A stretch of DNA of 63,872 nucleotides, counting the filler, from Octopus bimaculoides (taxonomy: Eukaryota): NCBI RefSeq assembly GCF_001194135.2. It is 6 parts of 6 records of this genome, joined end to end, with 100 filler letters (N's around TTAATTAATTAA, not from the genome) between each part and the next. Parts side by side here need not be neighbours in the genome. Positions count along the whole stretch, not along the records: positions 1 to 27,242 come from NC_068982.1; 5 more parts are not named here. The stretch is one strand, 5' to 3'. Under the pieces are notes generated by a model, which worked only from the letters and a program-made list of their open reading frames with translations, was not told the origin of the DNA and searched no databases. The translations under genes were made by a program, and so were the position numbers. Numbering within the stretch: the stretch's first letter is position 1; every line of letters starts with the position of its first letter. Shown one piece after another: positions 1 to 13,675 of the stretch.

Positions 1-42
<42 letters not shown>

Positions 43-846
43 CACTCATATATTTATGTGTGCTTATCAGTATCTGTGTGCATATGTGTGTATGTGCGTG
101 TGTGTATGTGCGTGTGTGTATGAGAGTACATATGAGAACAAGTGTGTATGTTTGAAACAGTGCGATCAATTGACTGTACATATGTTACTTCAAGTTTTTG
201 ACCTGATACACTGTCTTTAGTAACAATTGTTTTTCTCAGTATAAAATTCTCAAATATATCCATTAGTCATCTTTTATTGTGATTTTAGCTGAACATTCAT
301 ATGAACTGTAGTACGAGAAATGAACGTGAAATAAAATTAAAAATATTCAATACAGAAGAAATATATGAGTAATAACATATATTTAAAGAAAAAGAAGAAA
401 TAATAGAATGCAATGACGCGATAGTAAATGGTAAAGATAAAAACATAAAGTACACCGTTAAAGTTGTGAAAACATTCAAGTTATAAGACCATAGAGACAC
501 ATACTATATATGCATACATATGTGTGTGTATGTGCGCGTGTGCGTGTGTATGTGTGCATGCATGAATGTGTGCTATTGTCACAGGTGAGTTAAATTAAAG
601 GAAAAAATGAAAATGTTACATAGCAGATAGCTGTATATTTGGTGTATAGTTACTTAGTTAGATGGGGTCTAGTCACCATTTTACAATATAATCCGGACTA
701 TTACTCCATAGTTGCTAGATGCAAATGAAATATTTAATCGGCTTGGCTAAACGAGAAAATTTCCTTATCTAAATCACATTTGAATCATGGCGGTGTAGTA
801 TCTGTATGCTATGCTGAAGGTTTATGTAGTGTCGATTTAGACCTCA

Positions 847-1310
847 TACACGAGGTTCGGGCTAAATTTTACGAATTTATATCTCCTTTTTTTCTGAAAC
901 AGTATAATGTATTAGTGAACAATCGACGGTGTTAGACAGCATAAAGCTTAAATTTGTATTTGAGAAAAATTTGACATGGATTGTAATTCCATGGATTTGT
1001 GAGTTTGGGGCTCGGTTGTAAAAGACACCAAATGCTCTGCCTGCAACATGAAAGCTGAGCTAAAGGCCAAGATCAAGAGGGTATTCGATGATGTTCTTAG
1101 CGGCACGGTGCGAAGCACATGCACCAAGTTCCGGAGAAGACTCGAGGTCGTCATGGAAGCTGTAAGCGGCTACTTTAAGTAAACTCTTATCTTCGAGTTA
1201 TAATCTAGTTGATATTTTTTTATTTTGTTTAGATACTTTTAATTTTGGATGGGCTATTGTGTTTCTTTTTCGTTCTATGCAAACTGTCAAAGTTAGCCCA
1301 AACACTACAT
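847..1310 (+). mobile_element. Internally deleted Tc1/mariner-superfamily DNA transposon with a transposase C-terminal remnant at 979-1182
   Basis: 979-1182 translates DCNSMDL*VWGSVVKDTKCSACNMKAELKAKIKRVFDDVLSGTVRSTCTKFRRRLEVVMEAVSGYFK*, matching the SPDxNPxDxxVW...LKAxI...FRRRLExV C-terminus of IS630-Tc1-mariner transposases. Degenerate TIRs: GTTCGGGCTAAATTT near 856 and AAAGTTAGCCCAAAC near 1289. Confidence 0.75.
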
Positions 1311-1821
1311 TATTAGATGTATATATAACCAGTATATTTTTCTACATGAACTGTTGACCTATTTTGGGGATTAAGGCTGAATGAGATAAAATGGTGTTTG
1401 GTAGTGCAACTGTAATTCAGTAGTCGATTGTGATAAAAAAAGCAAAACAGTGTTCTACACTTACGGATGTTTTCTTCACTTACATATAAGATTCATGTTA
1501 TGACAAGTGGATATAATTTGTAAATTATTTCGTCACCACTGCTTAGTTTCAGATGACGGATGCCTAATCTGTGTAGGTAACCTCGTCTTTAGATCCGCTA
1601 GGTCAAGGTCTAACTTCTTTAAGATTTTCTTGTTTAAGCACTAATAAAATATATCTGTTCGTACATAGGTGTGTCTGTATGTTTATTTGTATGTATATGT
1701 ATATACAGATATATGTGGGGTGTGTGTCTATGTAATTATATACATATATGTACGTGTATGCATGTATATATATATGCATGTATGTATGTATTATGTATTT
1801 ATGTATGTATGCATGTATGTA

Positions 1822-2230
1822 ATGCTATATGGAGAACTTGTGAATGGAAGAAGACTCCTGTAGAAACCAACGCTGCGATTTAAGGATTGTGTCAAGTCCT
1901 CGTTAAAGGCCTGTAATAAGCAGGACACTGACTGGGAGAACAATGCCTGTTATCGCCACAGATGGAGGAAGCAGCTAAGGAGGGGATCGACACTTTTGAG
2001 AGAACAAGTATCCAGCATGGAGAACTTAAGCGAGCTGCGCGAAAGCGAACGGCTCGTATAGTGAATGGGGAAAGCGTGGTCTACAATGTTTGCAATCGTG
2101 TATGCTTGTCAAAAGCAGGGCTCATTAGCCATCAACGGAGCCGCAAATGCAAAATATAAGTGAGTCCTAGAGCGCACAATGTTCCTGAAGGTCAGCAATG
2201 ATCTTCCTCGGTCACGAATGGACGGCCATC
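1822..2230 (+). mobile_element. 5'-truncated RTE-clade LINE: ORF C-terminus and 3' UTR
   Basis: Reads MLYGELVNGRRLL*KPTLRFKDCVKSSLKACNKQDTDWENNACYRHRWR, then a frameshift, then AAKEGIDTFERTSIQHGELKRAARK...VCNRVCLSKAGLISHQR. This is the typical RTE C-terminus (LYGEL..G.R, RFKD, W...A.DR..WR, terminal zinc-finger-like motif). Flanked by (ATGT)n; ATGTATGTATGCATGT at 1801-1816 and 2231-2246 may be a TSD. Confidence 0.85.
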
Positions 2231-2371
2231 ATGTATGTATGCATGTGTGCATGTGTGTGTATGTGTATGCACGCGTATACTTATTCATTTACATAAATAC
2301 ATATCCGTAAACACTCATACATACAGTGTATTGTTATTGCTATTCAAGCATATTGACATATTCATACCCCG

Positions 2372-2405
<34 letters not shown>

Positions 2406-2415
2406 NNNNNNNNNN

Positions 2416-2476
<61 letters not shown>

Positions 2477-2744
2477 AACAGCAACGACAACGACAGCAAC
2501 AAGAACAACAACACGCAAACATATGCACACACTCACTCACAAACGTGCGAATCACTTTTCCATCTAGTGTTCTTACAAAATATTTGGTTTTCTCATCAAA
2601 CATATCTTCGTTAGTTAATCAGAATTGAACTGAGATGTTCTCGGTATACTGAACAACCTGCACAAATGATTTGCTTATAGCAATCAAATGTTTGTTGTGC
2701 TGTTGCACTTTAGCTTACTTTTTCTATGAACTCGACGCTGCCTC

Positions 2745-2900
2745 GACTGGTGCACGGTGTACCACACGTTAGGTGTCGAAGTGATGGCAGATAAGCATTG
2801 GATGAAGTGTTTTGCTAAAGAATACAACACACTGCCTGGTTCAGGAATTGTAAGGATGACCTTGCGACCGTTACTACAATACGCTAACCACTAAGCCACG
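2745..2900 (-). mobile_element. Degenerate tRNA-derived SINE head (C/D-type)
   Basis: Minus strand reads CGTGGCTTAGTGGTTAGCGTATTG..., with an A-box-like start and a central segment resembling the copies at 21450 and 58562. Confidence 0.55.
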
Positions 2901-3996
2901 CTGGTAGCGTCCCTAAGCAAATCTGTGTTTTTTTTTGTTTTGTTTTTTTTACGAAAATGAAGCAAAGAAAGGCAGTTAATTCAGAAATTAAACAAAAAGT
3001 GATTTTGAAAAACTATACACTCTATGGGACCACATTTATGAGCTTTTCTTTTGTTGTAAACATTGTTATCTTTATTTTGGGCGACAAAAGACAATACTAG
3101 AGTTATTTTTGTTAATAGTATCACATTGGGTATTTTACAGAACTATTATATGGCGTCCGGTTAATCTTGGTTCATACTAGAGGTACATTGATGTAAAGTA
3201 AATGAATTCAGTTTTGATTTATATATAATTTGTTTGTTTTTATCTATTTTCTTTTGTTGAGCATTTAATCTATTCGTGCTATAATTATCTGCCCTCGCTC
3301 AGAGTCATGTGGCATCACTAGGAATTAAATGTTGACCAGTTTTTAATTACAATGACCTTAGAAAAAAATATGATAAATGAAAGAAATGACATATCAGATA
3401 AATAGATATAAAAAGTAAATCTTGGCATTTTTAATGAGAAATACTGCACACTTAGACTGTTCCAACCTTTACAGACTGGTTTTATATGAGAATAACTATG
3501 AAAATGTGTTGAACGGTTCCATTCAAAGTCAAGGGATATAAAAATGTTTACTCTTTGAAATCATTCTTGTTTTTACAACTACTTTTATATTGGCATTTAT
3601 AATCCCTAAATTATTTGTTTTGTTAAACATTAATTCTTATGCTTAGAAAGAAAAGGAAATATTATGATGCAATGATTTTTTTCCCAAAATCTTCACACTG
3701 TATATAAGAGGTTATATATGTTCAACTTTGGTCTCAGCTTGTCTCATATTTTGAAATCCTTCATCTATATCTACGATAATCACGCTGCAATATTAACCAA
3801 CATATTGTTTAACTCGTATAGATACTGATGTAATGAGTGACCGCCGAGAAACATTCAAAAGTAATTCAAATTTGTCTCATAGCGGAAATACGAAAGTGAA
3901 ATTCCCTGAACGTTGAACACGTATGCTTAGAGGACAACACACACACACACACACACACACTCATGCACGCACGCGCGCACACACACAGACGCACAT

Positions 3997-4029
<33 letters not shown>

Positions 4030-6562
4030 NNNNNNNNNNNTATATATTGCATCATCAAAAAAAATTCAATCTTCTGGACCTTTCAATGAGCAAACAGACA
4101 TTTTAGAAAATAGAAAAATTTACAAGAATTTTGGTCATTACAATTCACATAATTATATTTTAGAAATGGAATTGGAAGAAAATAATATATTTAGATGGCC
4201 TAGTGTTTTGAATTTAGATAAGACCTATCGGTAACGATAGAGGTACTCAATGACATAGACAAAAGTATTTGAATAATGGAAATTTTCCTCTTTGTTTGAA
4301 GAAAACAGCAAAAACTGCAAACATATCAAGGAAAACCTTCGTTTAGTTTCATACATGTTCTCATTGCTTTATGCACTAGAAGTAAAGTACTGCTTGTATA
4401 GCGGTAAAATATCCCCGACATTGGTGGAGTTAGAAACAACATTAGTTATGGAATTGAAACACGCCATATTTTAACAGTAAATCTGTTCTGTTCTTATTCA
4501 GGGTCACTGAATCCATCAGTGCTTTGATTATAGTTAAATGAGAACAAATATTCATAGTCAGTGAGAGTAAATATATTTTAGCGAGTGAACCGGACAACAG
4601 TGTATAAAACTACATTAAGAGATATTGTTAAAGCATTAGTAAAAACATTAACATTAGTTTCCATCGTTAAAATTGGAACCGATGTATTTTGCCTGATTCT
4701 GTTCATTATTCTGACTGAACACAACAAGATAAATGTCGAAAAATAGCTAGGGAACATTACAAAGTCTAGATACCTATTTGTGTAGAACAAACATGTTGTA
4801 TAAACGAGATTGAACAAAGAAACGGATAGTGGAATCTGTAATTGAAAAAATATAAAGAATGATGAAGGGATCGGAATTTTGTGGATAAAGTAATTTATCT
4901 GCTAAATTGAAAGTCAGCTTTGAATACGAAGGTACAATAATAACCATAGTAGTAGGAAACCCAGCATTGTACAACAAAGCAAAGCAAATGAAGTACAATA
5001 TCAGTTCCATTTACTAACTAATAAGAAATAAAGATTCTAGAAGCAGATAGAGCTCTGAGCAAAGTAGTTGTCGACGATGAAATGTAACCTACTACGGAAA
5101 AGTTTAAATGAGATCTATTGTGGGATGCATTGGTGAAAGTAACTTTTGTCAATAGAATTCTTATAATATAATAAAGTTTTATTTATAAACAAGATGTTAA
5201 AAGCTGTAATACATACGCAGCAGTATTGTATTGTACGACTTTTTGCGGAAACAATTTAATACAGTGTAGGGTATTGTTTGTAAAAAGGAGAATTATTGTC
5301 AGATGTTAATCAGCTAAGGCATTTCAGAAAACGCATTAACTACAAAACGTTTTGTACTTCAGATAACGCCTGGCTAAACTTGTAAGTAAATTCAGAAAAC
5401 AAGCAGGAAATATATAAGCAAATATATATACTCAAGCATACATGCATACATATATATACACACGCGCATGCACACACACAAATAAACACACACACAAACA
5501 CACATACATACATATATATATGTATGTATGTGTGTATGTATGTATGTATGTATGTATTTATGTATGTATGTATGTATGTATACACACATCTACGCACACT
5601 TACACTGACATACATTGATATATATACATATATGAATGTTTTCCGAATTTTATTATTCGAACTTCCAATGGAGACAGAGCAAGTTTCTAGACTAGGGACG
5701 AGGTTCTGTCATTGAGATTCAGACGGCAACAGGGCAGTCATGTATGTACGCATTTATGTATATATGTACATGTATGCGTGCACGCATGTATAAATGTGCA
5801 CGTTTTATGCACACACATATACTTGTGCATGCGCAGATAGGTGTTGGATGGCATTACACGTATAGATCTTATATGCTAAACTTCTGGAATGTTGCTTATT
5901 TTGCTTGTAACTGTAACCTGTAGATGATACATCTTCTTTCTGGTTTTTAAAATCCAACTTCTCATGATTGGTTTTGAGCAGATAATAACATACCTTAGTG
6001 ATCCAATAATTATTGGCGGAAATCTTAAATTATAATCTGGAATTGACTAATTCATGATGTACTAATGATATTCTTATATATTCTTTTACATAGATCACAA
6101 TGAAGCAATCTCTGTAGTTTGTGTTTCTGTTTTCCCGCGATATACTTGCGATATACTTAACAGAAAGGTCAGTTGTTTTATTGAAAGTAAAAGCAACATT
6201 ATAGAGTGACTATAGTCTAGAAATATATTTCTGCTATATTGTATCATTTCAATGGCTATAGAAACAATTTCTGAATTTTTCAGACACATTTTAGTTTCTC
6301 TATGAGGGTGAAAATGTGTATTTAAATATTGTGTTTTCTTTTTTAATGTCTTCAAATATTTTTTCTATGTTACTTTTCAAGCAATAAGTAGAGCCTCGTA
6401 ACTGATAATTCTCAGAAGATCAACGATTCTTCTTTTTCATTTTTCAAATTTTCAAAAGCATTTTCTTTCTGTATATGCATACATATATTAATAAATATAT
6501 GCGTATGTGTATTAGGTACGTATATATGTTTATACATGCATACATACATATATGTGTGTGTG

Positions 6563-6625
<63 letters not shown>

Positions 6626-6797
6626 CGTGTTGAAATCACACATACATACATAATTGTCAATTACAGACTGTACAACAGAAACGCATTCCTAATTTCAGGA
6701 CTCTGAGCTTGTCAGATGTGTATTAGAACTCAGCACTGTCTTGTAGCCGTGCATAAATAATGAATAAAGGGCGTGTGATGATGACCTCTATACAAGT

Positions 6798-6865
6798 CTT
6801 GTGCTACACTAGATCTTGTACTACACTAGATCTTAAACTTGTGCTACACTAGATCTTAAACTTGT
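6798..6865. repeat. Short tandem repeat: three copies of CTTGT(G/A)CTACACTAGAT
   Basis: Copies at 6798-6814, 6815-6831 and 6838-6854; the last two are followed by CTTAAA. Confidence 0.85.
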
Positions 6866-7522
6866 TTACTTTCACCCGAATTCTGCTTTGAATGACCAAA
6901 TTTGTAGTCAGATATTTTACAGTACACGTCATGTTATCGTTCGTTTGTATGCTAATCTAAATATTACACTATATGTTAGAATCTCGTTTTTTTTCTTTTC
7001 TGGAAAGTAATGTGATATTGAGGGGTTAAAATTTTCAGTTAGTTTACTAGGTACAATTTTACTAGTGTGTACTTTTAAACACGAAATATGCTAGGGGGAA
7101 GAGAATTAAATATTTTGGGTGGATTACAATAGGTAAGTTCTTTAGAATGCTGTTCTACAGACTTAACTATATATTAAATCATAGGAATGTTGTCTGAGAC
7201 AATTATTATAGGAATAAATCAAAGATTGGGGTAAGATCAATGCTGGAATGTTATTAACTATCCATAATATGAAACTACATATTTTCTGTGAAAATAAGTT
7301 TTATATTTTGCAATGGGCTGATTTTATAAGATGTGTTCGTAATATGCTTAAATAAAATATATATTAGCATAAATGTACTATAAACAACAAATCGTCACAC
7401 GAAAGTATTATAAAAATATATGGCTATAAACATTTCAATTATATATATACATATATGATCTTGTTAAGGTACTGCGCAAATATATAAAAATACACTGAAC
7501 GAAAGAACTTCCTCCCACCCCC

Positions 7523-7559
<37 letters not shown>

Positions 7560-8466
7560 AATATNNNNNNNNNNNNNNNNNNNNNNNNNNNNNNNNNNNN
7601 NNNNNNNNNNNNNNNNNNNNNNNNNNNNNNNNNNNNNNNNNNNNNNNNNNNNNNNNNNNNNNNNNNNNNNNNNNNNNNNNNNNNNNNNNNNNNNNNNNNN
7701 NNNNNNNNNNNNNNNNNNNNNNNNNNNNNNNNNNNNNNNNNNNNNNNNNNNNNNNNNNNNNNNNNNNNNNNNNNNNNNNNNNNNNNNNNNNNNNNNNNNN
7801 NNNNNNNNNNNNNNNNNNNNNNNNNNNNNNNNNNNNNNNNNNNNNNNNNNNNNNNNNNNNNNNNNNNNNNNNNNNNNNNNNNNNNNNNNNNNNNNNNNNN
7901 NNNNNNNNNNNNNNNNNNNNNNNNNNNNNNNNNNNNNNNNNNNNNNNNNNNNNNNNNNNNNNNNNNNNNNNNNNNNNNNNNATATATATATATATATATA
8001 TATATATATACGCATGCATATATAATAAAGGTACTGCATATATATATGCACCTATATATCACATGTATAGCTATCTCGTTATATATGCTTCGATGTGCGT
8101 GCGAGGATGTGAGTACCTGCATGAATGTGTATGGTTATGTATGCGAATCTGTGCTGTTTGTGTGTATAGTGATTTCGACGATGTGTATTGCTTCGCTCGA
8201 TAAAATGAATTGAATAGACATTGAATTGCACTTGGGCATTCCCCGGACACGAGTATTCAAAATGCAATTTTCGGACAAATCTAGTGTCACGCAAAGAGTT
8301 AGTGTGCAGTGCATGTGAACTACTAGAGGTGCAATCTACAATTTCAATCTAGCCAATTTCACTCAGAATGTCTGGGAGATCACAGAAAAGGAAAACTGTC
8401 TTAGGTACTAGAGACTAGATTTGTACAAAAGAGGCTGACTATTTAATCGTTAAAACATATTGCGCC

Positions 8467-8506
<40 letters not shown>

Positions 8507-8586
8507 GTGTGTACATGTGCGCGTATGCGAGCCTCTCTTCACAATTGCCTTTTCTGTGTATCTATATGTACTGTAATATTCACAAA

Positions 8587-8802
8587 TACGGTTTGCTGAA
8601 AAGTTCCTGGCTTTAAGGGCATCGGGAAAGGCCTGGTTAGAGGCCAACATTCCAAGTTCTTTTACAGGGCTTAGGAAAACTGAAATTACTGCAATAAGAG
8701 TGTGAATCCTTAGAGGGAATATGTTGAATAAAATCATAATAAACTGATCCGCTTATATTTTCTTTTACCCAAACCTCAGGCAATTTTCTGCACACCCTCG
8801 TA
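8587..8802 (+). mobile_element. Mariner-derived MITE
   Basis: The left end TACGGTTTGCTGAAAAGTTCCTGGCTTT and right end AAACCTCAGGCAATTTTCTGCACACCCTCGTA are imperfect inverted repeats bounded by TA. The internal ...TTAGAGGGAATATGTTGAATAA resembles a mariner transposase end (GEYVE*). Confidence 0.7.
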
Positions 8803-8866
8803 CATGCTAACTATATGAAAACATTTTTATTCATATACACATAAAGCTAGCTAAGTAGATATATAA

Positions 8867-8927
<61 letters not shown>

Positions 8928-8944
8928 CAGATAGACAGATAGAC

Positions 8945-8980
<36 letters not shown>

Positions 8981-8994
8981 GGATAGATAGATAC

Positions 8995-9044
<50 letters not shown>
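8867..9044. repeat. (GATA)n microsatellite
   Basis: Direct reading. Representative of many (TA)n, (CA)n, (TACA)n, (GA)n and (GATA)n tracts across the window. Confidence 0.95.
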
Positions 9045-9046
<2 letters not shown>

Positions 9047-9285
9047 CTCTGGTTGTGTACATATTAATACAGATAAATATAACCATAGACAGTTCGAGAC
9101 ATAGTACAAAGCAAGAGAGCGAGACCTATATCTGCAGAGCTTTATGAACATATGCATTTAAATAATATATTTTTCTCTCAATACTTAAATATAAAAACAG
9201 AAACACATCTCCACAGGTATATATGTTTGTAGGTATATGCATATGTACGTGAAGATTTGTATGCCTCTATGTAAATAGGCATATA

Positions 9286-9322
<37 letters not shown>

Positions 9323-10771
9323 NNNNNNNNNNNNNNNNNNNNNNNNNNNNNNNNNNNNNNNNNNNNNNNNNNNNNNNNNNNNNNNNNNNNNNNNNNNNNN
9401 NNNNNNNNNNNNNNNNNNNNNNNNNNNNNNNNNNNNNNNNNNNNNNNNNNNTATATATATATGAGGGTCGGTGGAAATAATGTGCGAATGTGTGAATGTG
9501 TATATAAGTATTAAGGTAATGAAAGCCAAATAAATACTATATGTATGTAAATCTGCATATATAAATATATTATACATACAAATATATATATACACCCACA
9601 CACACACACATATATGTATACATATATATGGATATATCTATTTATATGTGTGTCTGTGTAATCATATGTATGTATGTATGTATGTATGTGTGTATCAAAT
9701 GAATGACCTTCTGCTTGGAAATTGACAGAAACTGTCTTTGATGCATGTCTGATTGCTACACATCTATTTTCTTTTGGCAAATTATTGCAGCACATCTCTC
9801 CATTTAGCCGCCATCTCATTCTATCCCTTTGCCCTTTCATCTTTTTGAGGAATGTTTTGCTTCTTACTTCACACGCACATACACTTACACATACAGACAC
9901 GGAGACTGATGCTAATATGTGTCTATGTATGTATTTACATATAGATGCATACATATATACACATGTAATATATATACATATGTGTGTGTATGTTATGTAT
10001 ATATGTATATATATACATATATATACATATAAGTATACATATATATACACATATATACATATACATACATGCAAATATACATACATGCATATATATATAT
10101 ATATATATATATGATCGAACACTATTTCTGTGGTTTGTTTACTTCATGTACATTCTACATGAGAGGGCGTCACTTTCTATTGTTGCCTGACATTTAAATC
10201 ATTGCTTTAGCAGCTAGAATTTTTCTTTCTAAAAGAGATGCCTCTATTGGTAGTTAGGCTGCTAATGTTTGCTAACTTATTTTGTTGTACACTTTATATT
10301 GTTGCTCTGTGTAGTGCAGTCCGCTATAAAACTATATTCTGCACCATAAAGTTATCCACTAAAAGTAGCCTACGGTGATTACAAAATAAAAGCTATTTAT
10401 AAGGAAAAACCTACTCAACAACTATGCAAGAGGAAAAAATACAGAAGGAAAACTATAAGTGAAAAATGAGATAGGAACGAATAAAAAGCATAGGAAATGT
10501 TTATAACAGCATTACTCCATATAGATTTTGCCTGAAACAGAATAGTTTCTCTATTAGGGTTCACTATATCATCGTTTGTGATTGTCTCGATCATAAGATC
10601 CGCATTTTGTTGCTAAGCTACATTCGATGTTTTCTTTGTATTTTTTTTTATATATATAAACACATATAGAAAGAAATACAATTGTAATTTTCCGTCTGTG
10701 TTTTTGTTTTATTTTGAATCAGAGTATTAATAACATCGTTAAATGCTCATCTAATGTTATTGTTTTTTCAG

Positions 10772-10807
10772 CAAATATACCTTCATCGTCATGTCTTGTA
10801 TAAAACA
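10772..10807 (+). CDS. Candidate 36-nt internal exon (QIYLHRHVLYKT), gene unknown
   Basis: Branch-like CTAAT at 10751, acceptor TTGTTTTTTCAG, donor ACA|GTAAGA, open phase-0 frame. No homology recognised. Confidence 0.3.
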
Positions 10808-10965
10808 GTAAGATGATGAGAGTTTTGTTTTTATTCCGTTAACTTGCTTTTGTCAATTTTCTAAATATCCTAAGACAAAAACCATAAACAATAATAATAA
10901 ATAAAATTATTATATAGCTGCTGTGAAAACAGATTAAGCACATATAATTCCTCTATTTAACATAG

Positions 10966-11025
10966 AGCGTAAGGAACATTGTTATAAAAACGATAAAATT
11001 ATGTGAAAGATTATTGCAGTATAAG
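10966..11025 (+). CDS. Candidate 60-nt internal exon (SVRNIVIKTIKLCERLLQYK), gene unknown
   Basis: Acceptor CTCTATTTAACATAG, consensus donor AAG|GTAAGT, open phase-0 frame compatible with 10772-10807. Confidence 0.3.
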
Positions 11026-11498
11026 GTAAGTAATACAAGCTGTTGTATGCTAAGTTATGCATTTATGTGTTATGAAATATTATTTTTTTCTGGATTAATC
11101 ACAAATCGATTTCCTATATAACTATCAAGCCTTGCACGTGTAAATGAGGGGAGTTAAGACCGTAGAGTTTCTGCCTCTTTCAAATATATCAGCGAAACAT
11201 GGGGAAACGATGCCTAACGTATTTTGCCTTTTATTAAATGCTTGCACGGTGATGTGCAGATATTCCTGGTCTATCGGAAATATTTAAACACGCCAACAGA
11301 ATACGGAGTGTATATGTACTGTCTGCTAGAAGTCTACAAAAGAAATCAAAATGAGTTCAATTATCTCCAGTTCATGTATCTAGAAAATATAGTAAATATT
11401 AACAATGATTAGTTTTCTTATACTGATTGTATATATGAATATGGACTTCACATTTTCATGTGATTTCCTAGAATGTTCTACACTGATATAGTTTTGCC

Positions 11499-11776
11499 TT
11501 GTTGTTGGCACTCCGTCGCTTACGACGTCGAGGGTTCCAGTTGATCCGATCAACGGAACAGCCTGCTCGTGAAATTAACGTACAAGTGGCTGAGCACTCC
11601 ACAGACACGTGTACCCTTAACGTAGTTCTCGGGGATAGTCAGTGTGACACAGTGTGACAAGGCTGACCCTTTGAATTTACAGGTACAACAGAAACAGGAA
11701 GTAAGAGTGAGAGAAAGCTGTACTGGAAGAGTAGAGCAGGGTTCGCCACCATCCCCTGCTGGAGCCTCGTGGAGTT
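11499..11776 (-). mobile_element. SINE family C, 5'-truncated
   Basis: Highly similar to the full copy at 38810-39188 (TTGTTGGCACTCCGTCGCTTACGACGTCGAGGGTTCCAGTTGATCCGATC...). Confidence 0.85.
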
Positions 11777-12321
11777 TTGCCTACTAATAACGAAAATCAC
11801 ATTTATTTCTCCTAGAAATTGTTAATGAAACAATACGAGCTGTTAGATTTTTGTAATTTTAGGCAATCAGACATGCATCAAAAATAGTTTCTATCAATTT
11901 CCAAGCAGAAGGTTATTCATTTGATACATTCATTCATACATACCAACAAACATACATACATACATGCATACATACATACATACATACATACATACATACA
12001 TACATACATACATACATACGTAGACGACAAGATGAAAATCGAAATTATTTATTGCCAGCGAACAGCACACACACAAACAAACACACACACATATAAAGAT
12101 AAAACACCGAAGACAAGACCTTTTACGTGGTTTCTCATCCTACCAGAAATGGCAGCCAATTCTTTAAACAACAACATAATGTTTGATTCCGCTTTAATTT
12201 CTATAATTCAAAGTGGCCGACGCAGTATATAACGTAGTTTGAGACGTCCCGTTTCTGAAATTACAACGGAAATTATCTAAATATTATTGATCACAGATTT
12301 ACTTGATCAAGAATTATTATA

Positions 12322-12366
<45 letters not shown>

Positions 12367-12369
<3 letters not shown>

Positions 12370-12597
12370 TAGTTTTATTTTTATAACGTGCTTTCACTTC
12401 ACTACCGAGCGCAGCTCTGTGCGCCTTGGGTATGTGCTGTGGTTTGCTGTGGTGCTCTTATGTTTACTGTATTGAAAGTGTTTTGCGTAGAATGTGTGCA
12501 GTACCCAGTAGTGCAATTTTCTGTATGTTATATATATTTGTAAGTCCTGGTGTTTTTGTTATGTATTTGTCTGAATATTTTTTTATTATACCTAAGG
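12367..12597 (-). mobile_element. 3' end of an RLE-type (R4/Dong-like) non-LTR retrotransposon
   Basis: Minus frame LGIIKKYSDKYITKTPGLTNIYNIQKIALLGTAHILRKTLSIQ* (stop at 12464) has the QKxALLGTAxILR terminus of RLE LINEs. It is followed by a ~100-nt 3' UTR and a (TAA)n tail at 12313-12366. The 5' part is lost in the gap. Confidence 0.85.
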
Positions 12598-13483
12598 NNN
12601 NNNNNNNNNNNNNNNNNNNNNNNNNNNNNNNNNNNNNNNNNNNNNNNNNNNNNNNNNNNNNNNNNNNNNNNNNNNNNNNNNNNNNNNNNNNNNNNNNNNN
12701 NNNNNNNNNNNNNNNNNNNNNNNNNNNNNNNNNNNNNNNNNNNNNNNNNNNNNNNNNNNNNNNNNNNNNNNNNNNNNNNNNNNNNNNNNNNNNNNNNNNN
12801 NNNNNNNNNNNNNNNNNNNNNNNNNNNNNNNNNNNNNNNNNNNNNNNNNNNNNNNNNNNNNNNNNNNNNNNNNNNNNNNNNNNNNNNNNNNNNNNNNNNN
12901 NNNNNNNNNNNNNNNNNNNNNNNNNNNNNNNNNNNNNNNNNNNNNNNNNNNNNNNNNNNNNNNNNNNNNNNNNNNNNNNNNNNNNNNNNNNNNNNNNNNN
13001 NNNNNNNNNNNNNNNNNNNNNNNNNNNNNNNNNNNNNNNNNNNNNNNNNNNNNNNNNNNNNNNNNNNNNNNNNNNNNNNNNNNNNNNNNNNNNNNNNNNN
13101 NNNNNNNNNNNNNNNNNNNNNNNNNNNNNNNNNNNNNNNNNNNNNNNNNNNNNNNNNNNNNNNNNNNNNNNNNNNNNNNNNNNNNNNNNNNNNNNNNNNN
13201 NNNNNNNNNNNNNNNNNNNNNNNNNNNNNNNNNNNNNNNNNNNNNNNNNNNNNNNNNNNNNNNNNNNNNNNNNNNNNNNNNNNNNNNNNNNNNNNNNNNN
13301 NNNNNNNNNNNNNNNNNNNNNNNNNNNNNNNNNNNNNNNNNNNNNNNNNNNNNNNNNNNNNNNNNNNNNNNNNNNNNNNNNNNNNNNNNNNNNNNNNNNN
13401 NNNNNNNNNNNNNNNNNNNNNNNNNNNNNNNNNNNNNNNNNNNNNNNNNNNNNNNNNNNNNNNNNNNNNNNNNNNNNNNNNNN

Positions 13484-13675
<192 letters not shown>

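Noticed and set aside
3119-4400. Chain of possible small exons (3119-3182, 4164-4230, 4302 onward)
   Set aside because: Splice signals are mediocre, phase compatibility is easily reached by chance, and the peptide is unrecognised.
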